A stretch of 53,457 nucleotides of DNA, taken from IMG/VR virus record IMGVR_UViG_3300017971_000064. One strand, written 5' to 3'. Made by a program: the position numbers and the translations under genes. The notes under the pieces were generated by a model. The model did not search any database. It was not told where the DNA came from and was given only the letters and a program-made list of their open reading frames with translations. Positions 43,217 to 49,649 of this stretch are shown here, in pieces (the stretch's first letter is position 1; the number at the start of each line of letters is the position of its first letter). Source of the DNA: a virus.

Positions 43217-43685
43217 CTGCTTCCTCTTTTTGTTCAGAATTATAGTCATCTACATTTAAAATAAGGTAGGGGTGGTATACGCTATTATACTTAGCTGCTA
43301 ACCTCTCACTAATTCTGGTTGAGTGACTGTGTACGGATGCCGTCGCAGGATCATGCTGGAAGGCATTTAGCAAGACCTTGCCTACGCCTAGATTTCTGAA
43401 GCTGTGTTTAACATAGATATAGTGGATGGCAAAGATTCCGTCTACTTTTCCTGCGCAAATATAGCCGTAAACTTGGGAGGCGTCTTTCTCGTTGCATGCG
43501 ATGATGACATCGTTTGTCTTAAGTAGCCTTTCTAGGACCTTGTGGTGTTCAGTAAAATAAATAGTGCTTGTAATTTCTCTGGCGAAGCGAGAGTGTCGAT
43601 ATGACTTTAGCCATGAGTTGAAGATAAACGGGATGTCCTCTTCGGTTGCCCTCCGTAGGCGGATTGGTAACTTATTGTTGCTCAT
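43200..43685 (-). CDS. GNAT-family N-acetyltransferase (161 aa)
   Basis: Motif A YIYVKHSFRNLGVGKVLLNAF (R-x-x-G-x-G). Confidence 0.65.
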   Translation of the reverse strand: MSNNKLPIRLRRATEEDIPFIFNSWLKSYRHSRFAREITSTIYFTEHHKVLERLLKTNDVIIACNEKDASQVYGYICAGKVDGIFAIHYIYVKHSFRNLGVGKVLLNAFQHDPATASVHSHSTRISERLAAKYNSVYHPYLILNVDDYNSEQKEEADERKE

Positions 43686-43736
43686 TTGAACTTTTCTCCT
43701 GTGTTGATCTTCTTCGGATCATCTTATCAATAATTT

Positions 43737-43934
43737 TTATTTATCTTTATCTAAGCTTTCTGTAGCTTGTGACTCTACATTCAGCATTAGTGGGTGTGCG
43801 TGGTTTAGTGCTGCCGCTAGGTCTTCTAAATTTTTTATAAGCTTCTCTAGCTCTTTTTGCTTTAGGTAGGCGTCCCCTAGCTGTTGGCAAACTTTTTGAT
43901 ATTCTCTAGTTAGTATTTCTTGGGTCTTGTTCAC
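43737..43934 (-). CDS. Small coiled-coil protein (65 aa)
   Basis: Heptad-like, charged. Packed in the operon. Confidence 0.45.
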   Translation of the reverse strand: MNKTQEILTREYQKVCQQLGDAYLKQKELEKLIKNLEDLAAALNHAHPLMLNVESQATESLDKDK

Positions 43935-43948
43935 TCAAATCTCCTAAT

Positions 43949-44143
43949 TTACAGTATATTTTTTTTTATCCAGTTTAGCAAGCTTAATGTTCCTAGTGAA
44001 ATGCCTGCTCCTATTATTACTTGTTCTAACATTTTTAAATAAAATTTGTTTATCTGTTGTTCTTTAACTTTGGCTTTAGCCTTGGCTCGTGGGCTGGGCG
44101 TCTTAGAAACATGCGGTTTAAGCCTCTTATTACGCCGTCTCAC
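43949..44143 (-). CDS. Small protein with basic N-terminus and C-terminal TM (64 aa)
   Basis: MRRRNKRLK...AKAKAKVK, then VIIGAGISLGTLSLLNWI. Confidence 0.45.
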   Translation of the reverse strand: MRRRNKRLKPHVSKTPSPRAKAKAKVKEQQINKFYLKMLEQVIIGAGISLGTLSLLNWIKKNIL

Positions 44144-44505
44144 TCGTCCTCCGAGGTTTCTGGGGTCTGGGTAAGGCGTTGGCGCTGGAGGCTTCTCTCG
44201 GCTAATTTAAGGAGCTCCTCGTCGCTGAGGTTGGATAGGTCTTCTAGCTGGGCGGTTTCGCGCTCCTCTTTGCTGAGCTTTACGAGCGTGTCGAGATATC
44301 CCTGGACGGCTCGGGCTTCTTTTAGATCCAGGGTTATGCCTTTTTTGACCTTGTGCCGGTATTGCGCTAGCTCGGCTCCGATTATGGCTTTGGCGTCCGT
44401 GAGGAGAGCATCCAAAGTGGGTACGACGGTGACGTCGCTTTGCGAGACTTGGTTGGTCTTTTTGGGGAGCACGATTCTGCGCTTGGGTTTGGCGGGGTCT
44501 GTCAT
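44140..44505 (-). CDS. Hypothetical protein (121 aa) encoded in a GC-rich island
   Basis: ATGA couplings at both ends. The DNA is visibly much more GC-rich than the genome average. Confidence 0.5.
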   Translation of the reverse strand: MTDPAKPKRRIVLPKKTNQVSQSDVTVVPTLDALLTDAKAIIGAELAQYRHKVKKGITLDLKEARAVQGYLDTLVKLSKEERETAQLEDLSNLSDEELLKLAERSLQRQRLTQTPETSEDE

Positions 44506-44807
44506 GATAGGAGTCCTTGGTGTACTAGCCCTAAATAAAATTTATTTAATGCTTGGGTGGCGGCTGTGTCGCTAATTTGGGCTTGTGGAGTCCCGCGCAG
44601 AGCATAGGGGGGGAGGGCTGAGTTCTTAGTTTGGGATTTGGCGCCTTTTATGGACTTGGTGGGTCGAAGAGAGCTGGTGGCAGCAGAGGGGGCAGATGAC
44701 TGTGCGGGGGAAGAACAGAAAGAGGCGCAAAAGGATTGTTTGGGACTAGTATATATATAGTATTTACTGGGGGGGTGACCGGGTTTTTTAAATCTAGGAT
44801 TTTTCAC
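44502..44807 (-). CDS. Questionable ORF: Ser/Pro/Ala/Gln-rich low-complexity protein (101 aa)
   Basis: Fills the gap exactly, with GTGA and ATGA overlaps to both neighbours (supports coding). However, the sequence is low complexity and corresponds to G-tract-rich DNA on the plus strand. Confidence 0.3.
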   Translation of the reverse strand: MKNPRFKKPGHPPSKYYIYTSPKQSFCASFCSSPAQSSAPSAATSSLRPTKSIKGAKSQTKNSALPPYALRGTPQAQISDTAATQALNKFYLGLVHQGLLS

Positions 44808-45538
44808 GCTATGGCTCCCACCGGCTTGTTCATCTGCATAAGTTCTTCGGTAGTCAGCTCGTAGTCTTCGGCAGTCATGGTAGACTTGGCATACTCAATA
44901 CAATTTATTTTCAATGCCCCCACTCGCCTCCAAACCCAGGCAATGGAAAAGGAGTTGCTTGTAGGACTATTGTTTTGGACGAGGGTCGTTATGATTCTTT
45001 TGTGGACTAGTGGAGGCTGGGGAAGATCTCGGGAAGACTTGGTTAGACGGTTGACTGTATAGTAAGATCTGAGGAAGCGAACGATGTCTCGCAAGGACTT
45101 TCCCTGGCATAATTGGTGAGCGATTTCTGCGTCTATCTGCTTGTTGAGAGCATCGACTAAACAAATTTTATACTTCTTGAGAGCAGCCTTATAAGATTTC
45201 AAGGACTTGTACTCCCATTTGTAAGGTTTTCGAGGACTTAGGTGTATAAAATCGTCTGAATTTTGGTAATAATATTGAAGAGTTAGGTAAAAATTGAGTG
45301 TAGTTCTGACTTTCTCAGCTTTTTTTGTCTGAAAAGGCTTTTTTAGGTATGGGGAAGATTCTCCTCTGCCGGTCTTAAAATCGTGCCATTCTAAATCTTC
45401 AAAGCCAGATTCTTGTAATTTTTTATACCATTCCGACTTTAGTTTAAGAAAGTCACGACTATTAAATTTAGTGAAATTATCCGTCATATTTTGCGTATTA
45501 TTATTTGAATACCATGCTTCCAGATTATCTTTAGGCAT
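44804..45538 (-). CDS. HTH DNA-binding protein (about 244 aa), first gene of the leftward arm; regulator or small-terminase-like
   Basis: HTH-like AEIAHQLCQGKSLRDIVRFL. ATG at 45538 lies 8 nt downstream of a perfect TATAAT with no Shine-Dalgarno (leaderless candidate). The ORF-track TTG start at 45541 is an alternative. Confidence 0.5.
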   Translation of the reverse strand: MPKDNLEAWYSNNNTQNMTDNFTKFNSRDFLKLKSEWYKKLQESGFEDLEWHDFKTGRGESSPYLKKPFQTKKAEKVRTTLNFYLTLQYYYQNSDDFIHLSPRKPYKWEYKSLKSYKAALKKYKICLVDALNKQIDAEIAHQLCQGKSLRDIVRFLRSYYTVNRLTKSSRDLPQPPLVHKRIITTLVQNNSPTSNSFSIAWVWRRVGALKINCIEYAKSTMTAEDYELTTEELMQMNKPVGAIA

Positions 45539-45546
45539 CAATGAAT

Positions 45547-45576
45547 ATTATAGGTCGTTTTCGTGCAGCAATGCAA
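45547..45576 (-). promoter_or_regulatory. Leftward sigma70 promoter TTGCAT-18 nt-TATAAT
   Basis: On the minus strand, -35 is at 45576..45571 and -10 at 45552..45547. It abuts the start codon of the HTH gene. Confidence 0.6.
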
Positions 45577-45622
45577 GTTTTTTTATTTATATAATTATTT
45601 TGGATAAAATTTAAAAAAGCAC

Positions 45623-45651
45623 TTGATTTATTTTTATAGTTTTGTTAAACT
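45623..45651 (+). promoter_or_regulatory. Rightward sigma70 promoter TTGATT-17 nt-(TGT)TAAACT
   Basis: Divergent from the leftward promoter; the two -35 boxes are separated by 46 AT-rich nt. Extended -10 TG present. Confidence 0.6.
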
Positions 45652-45674
45652 TAGAGAAATGTATTGGAGGAGTT

Positions 45675-45743
45675 ATGGCAGATTTATTGAGAGCGATTGC
45701 ATTAATTATTTTTCTGTTACAAGCATGTCATTATATAAACTAA
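45675..45743 (+). CDS. Mini-ORF (22 aa, MADLLRAIALIIFLLQACHYIN): leader peptide or micro-lipoprotein
   Basis: Strong GGAGGAG RBS 4 nt upstream. L-Q-A-C lipobox-like motif leaves only 5 residues after the Cys. First ORF of the rightward transcript. Confidence 0.35.
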   Translation: MADLLRAIALIIFLLQACHYIN

Positions 45744-45752
45744 GGAGTTATT

Positions 45753-45983
45753 ATGAGAATTGTTAGAGTTAATAAGACTTATGAAGTGGTTAATGAAATA
45801 GGTCAAGTTCTTAAAAAGTTTGTGTCTTTTGACAGTGCTAGAACATTTGTATTGGGAGAAGAAAATGCAGATTTTGAAAAAGGTTCTGTTGATTTGTTTG
45901 GGACTTATGATGTTGCACCTGCAAGCCGAAGATATCGTAGGAACCGGGCAAAGTATAGAAAGATTGAAACTACAGATAAGTAA
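45753..45983 (+). CDS. Hypothetical protein (76 aa) whose 3' 119 nt overlap the SLT gene in another frame
   Basis: Strong TAAGGAG RBS. The basic C-terminal tail (RRYRRNRAKYRK) is encoded in the overlap. Confidence 0.45.
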   Translation: MRIVRVNKTYEVVNEIGQVLKKFVSFDSARTFVLGEENADFEKGSVDLFGTYDVAPASRRYRRNRAKYRKIETTDK

Positions 45984-46368
45984 GAACAATCCTAGATTAG
46001 GTACTGATTATATAGATAAATTAGCTAATGTTTTTTATAATGTTGGTCAGAAGTATAATATTCCTGCTAATATTTTGGCTGCTATTGCTAGTGTAGAATC
46101 TAATTATAAGTTAGGTGCTATTAATGGTAGAAGTGGGGATTTTGGTATCATGCAAATAAACTTGCGGGCGCATCGTAAATTTGATAAGGAAAAGTTATTG
46201 ACTGATTTGCAGTACAGTGTTGAAGCTGGAGCTCAAGTTTTTTTATGGTTTTTTAAACGATATACGTTAGAAACGGCTATAAAAAGATACAATTGCGGTA
46301 CAAAAAGAACTTGCATTAGGTGGTCTCCTGTGATAAAATATTTAGATAAAATAAGGAGAGCATGGTGA
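45865..46368 (+). CDS. Secreted soluble lytic transglycosylase (SLT domain)
   Basis: Signal peptide MQILKKVLLICLGLMMLHLQA. Catalytic region ILAAIASVESNYKLGAINGRSGDFGIMQIN. GGGAGAAG RBS before ATG 45865. Confidence 0.8.
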   Translation: MQILKKVLLICLGLMMLHLQAEDIVGTGQSIERLKLQISKNNPRLGTDYIDKLANVFYNVGQKYNIPANILAAIASVESNYKLGAINGRSGDFGIMQINLRAHRKFDKEKLLTDLQYSVEAGAQVFLWFFKRYTLETAIKRYNCGTKRTCIRWSPVIKYLDKIRRAW

Positions 46369-46568
46369 AGGGATTTATTTCGTTAATTGCAATTTATATG
46401 TTGTTTATAGCTTTTACAACTATGCGCGGAGATTTTGAAGTAGAAAAAGAATCGGTATCGTCTAGGAATAGAGAGCTATGTATTGGCAAGATTCGCACTT
46501 TTAGTTTAAACAGAGAAGATGCTAATTCGGTTTGTGAAACCATTGAAGTTCTTAAGGAAGGTAAGTAA
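46362..46568 (+). CDS. Small N-terminally anchored membrane protein (68 aa)
   Basis: TM FISLIAIYMLFIAFTT. AAGGAGAG RBS. Overlaps the SLT stop. Confidence 0.55.
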   Translation: MVKGFISLIAIYMLFIAFTTMRGDFEVEKESVSSRNRELCIGKIRTFSLNREDANSVCETIEVLKEGK

Positions 46569-46569
46569 T

Positions 46570-47121
46570 ATGAAAATGATCATGGTTGTTATTTTATTTG
46601 TAGCCGCTTCTTGCGGTCCTCGTGGAAGCACCGTTGATATAACTAGTCCTGCTTATGACGATTCTGAAGTTACTAAGAGATTAGACGACTTGGAGCGAAG
46701 AGTTAAATTATTAGAACAGGTTGAGGCTGCCCAAGATGTTTTAATTTCGGCTTTGACTCAGAATGTTGAGGAAAACGAAGATAATATTACTTATTTGCTA
46801 GATATTGCGAGTAATTTGCAGGATCAGCTAAATTCGGACTATCAAAGCTTACAGCAAAGTTTGTCTGATATATCGGACAGTGTAACTCTGTTACAAACGG
46901 CTACTGAAAAAGGCATTGCTGAGCTGATTGATCCTTGTGGAGACGGTGCAGGATACGATGAGGTAATCATGTTGCTTAATGACGGGTCCTATGTTGCGTA
47001 TTTTGAGACTGGTTCTAAACGATTTCTATCTGTGTTGGAGCAGAGTGTGAATTACCAGACTACGGACGCACAGAGATGTCGGTTTAAGATTAATGCGCTT
47101 AATGAATTAGAAGAGCTTTAA
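46570..47121 (+). CDS. Coiled-coil lipoprotein (183 aa)
   Basis: MKMIMVVILFVAASC lipobox. Long heptad region. Start moved to the ATG at 46570, which has AAGGAAGG upstream. Confidence 0.6.
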   Translation: MKMIMVVILFVAASCGPRGSTVDITSPAYDDSEVTKRLDDLERRVKLLEQVEAAQDVLISALTQNVEENEDNITYLLDIASNLQDQLNSDYQSLQQSLSDISDSVTLLQTATEKGIAELIDPCGDGAGYDEVIMLLNDGSYVAYFETGSKRFLSVLEQSVNYQTTDAQRCRFKINALNELEEL

Positions 47122-47256
47122 ATGAATTTGCAGAGCATATTTGTTATTTTATCTGACTTTAAGCTTATATTGACAATACTTGGGTTATATGGTCTAATTG
47201 TTTTAAATATAATGTCTGTTGGACTTTTTATAGCCTTTTTTGGGGGGCTTATATGA
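47122..47256 (+). CDS. Tiny two-TM membrane peptide (44 aa)
   Basis: ATG immediately follows the previous TAA. ATGA overlap with the next gene. Not in the ORF track. Confidence 0.45.
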   Translation: MNLQSIFVILSDFKLILTILGLYGLIVLNIMSVGLFIAFFGGLI

Positions 47257-47498
47257 AAAATTTTACGACTGTAGCTTCTGCTTTAGCCGCTCTTGCTATT
47301 TTATGTTATGCTTCTTGTATTGCCTATGTGGTTATAACGATCATGCGAGTATTCTGGGGCGTGGGGCAGCTTTCGCAGGATGTGCAGCAGGCGCATATTA
47401 TGGTAGAATGTCAGACGGAGCGTAAGATACTGAAGAAGTATGGGCTGCCTTTGAGCGATAAGTGTATACGATACTTTAGAGATACTGAGGCTAAATAA
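47253..47498 (+). CDS. Small membrane protein (81 aa)
   Basis: TM VASALAALAILCYASCIAYVVITIM. The alternative frame ORF 47240..47425 is rejected. Confidence 0.5.
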   Translation: MKNFTTVASALAALAILCYASCIAYVVITIMRVFWGVGQLSQDVQQAHIMVECQTERKILKKYGLPLSDKCIRYFRDTEAK

Positions 47499-47545
47499 GG
47501 CTAATTTCGGATTCTAAAGTGGGTGTAAGTTAATAGGAGGGTATT

Positions 47546-47764
47546 ATGAGTAAGATTAAGGATGCTATGATTGAGCTGGGCGAGGCTCATGCAGAGATCA
47601 TGGGTTACGAAATGAGCCAGGAAGAGTATGAGAACGCGATGGAGGAAGCTTATTGGCACAATGTTATGTGTGAGCTTACAAAACGCTTTACTCGTGAGGA
47701 AATTTTAGCTATGACGGAGCTTGAGTTTCAAAGTTTAGGTCCTAAGACCGGCAAGGTAGGCTAA
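47546..47764 (+). CDS. Hypothetical acidic protein (72 aa)
   Basis: AGGAGGG RBS upstream. Confidence 0.55.
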   Translation: MSKIKDAMIELGEAHAEIMGYEMSQEEYENAMEEAYWHNVMCELTKRFTREEILAMTELEFQSLGPKTGKVG

Positions 47765-47806
47765 GAAGGCAGATAAAGTGTCTTATAAGATACATTAAGG
47801 CTAAAT

Positions 47807-47836
47807 TTGTACATAACTTATCAAATATGATATATT
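47807..47836 (+). promoter_or_regulatory. Sigma70 promoter TTGTAC-18 nt-(TGA)TATATT
   Basis: Lies in the 93-nt gap before the acidic protein gene. Extended -10 TG present. Confidence 0.45.
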
Positions 47837-47857
47837 AAGACTAGATAAGGAGTTAAA

Positions 47858-48430
47858 ATGACTAGTAAACCAGAAGATAAGATTATTAAGGAATCATCCG
47901 TAAACGAAGCAAGGAACCTTGGCGCCCCGAATGCCGTTTTAAGCTCTTTGAAGGCTGACGAGGGTCAGGATAAGGCTTTGGGGGCTGGAGAGGCTAATTC
48001 GGGCTCTGAGGGGGCTCAAAATGAGGCTGAGAAGGCGGACGAGGCAGCTAATTCGGCTGCTCCTCAATCCCTTGCCGCAGATACTGAAGCCCTGGGTGGA
48101 GAGCATGCGCAGAGTGTTAAGCCGGGTGAGGTACATATTAAGTCCGAAACTAGTCCCGAAGAAGCGCGGGAAGAGGCTGAAGTCGGCGCTCAGGTTGAAA
48201 AGGAAGAGGACGCAGAGGCGTTGGTATTCTTTTGCCCAGTAGAAGAGATAGCCATGATTCAGCCTATTGAGAATAATGAGGATGGTGTTATAGGAACTTT
48301 TTTGCAATTGAGAGCCGGGGGAAGTGCGGCGCTTAAGATCATGCCGGAAGAGTGTGCTAAGGCTTATGCCGCGCTGAAGAAGAATGGTGTGCCGCTTTTG
48401 ACTATTAGACGAAAAGATTTATTGGCTTAG
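47858..48430 (+). CDS. Highly acidic, Ala/Glu/Gly-rich protein (190 aa) with a folded C-terminal ~60 aa
   Basis: The N-terminal ~120 aa are low complexity and strongly negative. The local DNA is GC-rich relative to its neighbours. TAAGGAG RBS. Confidence 0.55.
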   Translation: MTSKPEDKIIKESSVNEARNLGAPNAVLSSLKADEGQDKALGAGEANSGSEGAQNEAEKADEAANSAAPQSLAADTEALGGEHAQSVKPGEVHIKSETSPEEAREEAEVGAQVEKEEDAEALVFFCPVEEIAMIQPIENNEDGVIGTFLQLRAGGSAALKIMPEECAKAYAALKKNGVPLLTIRRKDLLA

Positions 48431-48442
48431 GTAGGATATATT

Positions 48443-48634
48443 ATGTGTTTGATTTGTACAGAGTTAGTTAAACAGAGAATGACGGTTAGAGAGGCTAAGA
48501 ATGCGGCTAGAGAGATTACTAGGTTTAAAGACGATGCGGATCATGAGGCTGCTCTGTGGATGGCGATTGAAGAAATGGATTTAGAAGCATTAGGTGAGCT
48601 GCTGTCAGAAGCTCCTTTGGAAGCATGCGATTAG
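48443..48634 (+). CDS. Hypothetical protein (63 aa)
   Basis: N-terminal CLIC motif. Followed by hairpins and a terminator. Confidence 0.5.
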   Translation: MCLICTELVKQRMTVREAKNAAREITRFKDDADHEAALWMAIEEMDLEALGELLSEAPLEACD

Positions 48635-48693
48635 TGGTTTGTAATTAAAGCCCCCTCCAGGATCTTTCTTTGATCCTGATTTGCCTAATATTT

Positions 48694-48732
48694 GCCTCGT
48701 ATGGTGTTCTGCTGTACGGGGCTTTTTTTTTT
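48694..48732 (+). terminator. Rho-independent terminator
   Basis: Stem GCCTCGTA / TACGGGGC (one G-U pair) followed by 10 consecutive T (48723..48732). An additional 7-bp hairpin, CAGGATC / GATCCTG, lies at 48658..48678. Confidence 0.75.
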
Positions 48733-48878
48733 GCCCAGTAAGTATGAAGTTTTCGTAGTTTATAGCTTAATTAGCTTTTTTTAGTTGAGAAAAAAATGTA
48801 ATTTGGTTATATATGGTATGTACGGATTAAATAAAAAATATTTATAGCTAATTCGGGCTCTTAATCTGAAAATAAAAC

Positions 48879-48907
48879 TTGACTTACGATCATGCTGGTG
48901 ATATGCT
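48879..48907 (+). promoter_or_regulatory. Sigma70 promoter TTGACT-17 nt-(TGA)TATGCT
   Basis: Lies in the 300-nt non-coding region downstream of the terminator. Confidence 0.65.
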
Positions 48908-48934
48908 AAGATACATTACAACTTTGGAGAGCAT

Positions 48935-49150
48935 GTGCAGATTAATAGTCGCATTGAGGTTCAGATTTTAGCGCAGGTTAAGAACAAGTTTGATCGGCTG
49001 CCTATCAAGTTTAGGCGCAAGTATTATTTTGAGAGCATGCGTTGTTGTGAGGCTGAGTCACGGGCTTCTGCGCTTTTTAAGGCTGAGGAGCTTAATGATG
49101 GTGCCGATATAGTGCGAGTTAGTTCTAGAGTTATTAGATATCATGGTTAG
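48935..49150 (+). CDS. Hypothetical protein (71 aa)
   Basis: GTG start with GGAGA upstream. Confidence 0.45.
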   Translation: MQINSRIEVQILAQVKNKFDRLPIKFRRKYYFESMRCCEAESRASALFKAEELNDGADIVRVSSRVIRYHG

Positions 49151-49160
49151 AGGAGGCGAT

Positions 49161-49640
49161 ATGAATATATTTGTTACTAGTTACTGTCCTATTGAGTCGG
49201 CAAAGTTTTTAGATGATAAGCGTGTAAATAAAATGTGTTTAGAATCTGCTCAAATGTTGTCTACGGCGTTACGAACTTTGGGATGTGAGGATGAAAGATT
49301 GTACAAAAGTACACATAAGAATCATCCAAGTTGTGTTTGGGTCAGGCAGAGTGATATGAACTTTGTATGGCTTCTTGCGCATTTTGAGGCTTTGTTGGAC
49401 GAGTATGAAAAGCGGCGGGGTAGGGAGCATGGGTGTAGTAGGCTGCTTGCAGCTTTTTATGCTAATATAGATTGGTTGCCGGTTGGGGAGCTTACGGACT
49501 TTGCAAATTGTGCGGCTAATTCGAGTTTGGGGCTGTCGTATAAGCATGTGGATGATGTACGCTTGGCATATCAGCTCTATCTGGCGGATAGATGGGAAAC
49601 CGATAAGAGGGCTCCGACTTGGTATGGCTTAGGAAGATAG
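49161..49640 (+). CDS. Conserved phage protein, possibly a T4 endonuclease V-like pyrimidine-dimer DNA glycosylase
   Basis: MNIFVTSYCPIESAKFLDDKRVNKMCLESAQMLSTA at the N-terminus. The C-terminus DKRAPTWYG resembles T4 endo V AQRPTWYKYYG. GAGGAGG RBS before ATG 49161. Family assignment is from memory and tentative. Confidence 0.35.
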   Translation: MNIFVTSYCPIESAKFLDDKRVNKMCLESAQMLSTALRTLGCEDERLYKSTHKNHPSCVWVRQSDMNFVWLLAHFEALLDEYEKRRGREHGCSRLLAAFYANIDWLPVGELTDFANCAANSSLGLSYKHVDDVRLAYQLYLADRWETDKRAPTWYGLGR

Positions 49641-49649
49641 GGAGGTTTT

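Noticed and set aside
44057-44575. 172-aa plus-strand ORF
   Set aside because: It is antisense to the well-coupled minus-strand genes in a GC-rich stretch where stop codons are rare. The product is Arg/Ser/Leu-rich shadow-ORF-like sequence with no RBS.
44804-45752. Lysogeny switch (cI/cro-like) implying a temperate phage
   Set aside because: The divergent-promoter and leaderless geometry is suggestive. However, no integrase, excisionase, ParAB or attachment-site feature was recognisable, so temperate status is not claimed.
47240-47425. 61-aa ORF overlapping 47253..47498 in another frame
   Set aside because: The alternative frame (47253) is ATGA-coupled to the upstream peptide and gives a clean TM protein. 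The 47240 frame has no RBS.
47786-48918. Shared 12-mer TAAGATACATTA at 47786 and 48907 as a possible operator
   Set aside because: In an AT-rich 53-kb sequence many 12-mer coincidences are expected by chance, and the two copies sit at different positions relative to their promoters.
48635-48934. tRNA or small RNA gene in the longest non-coding gap
   Set aside because: I could not fold a cloverleaf and found no GTTCGAATC-like T-loop or matching acceptor stem. The region is explained by two hairpins, a terminator and a promoter.
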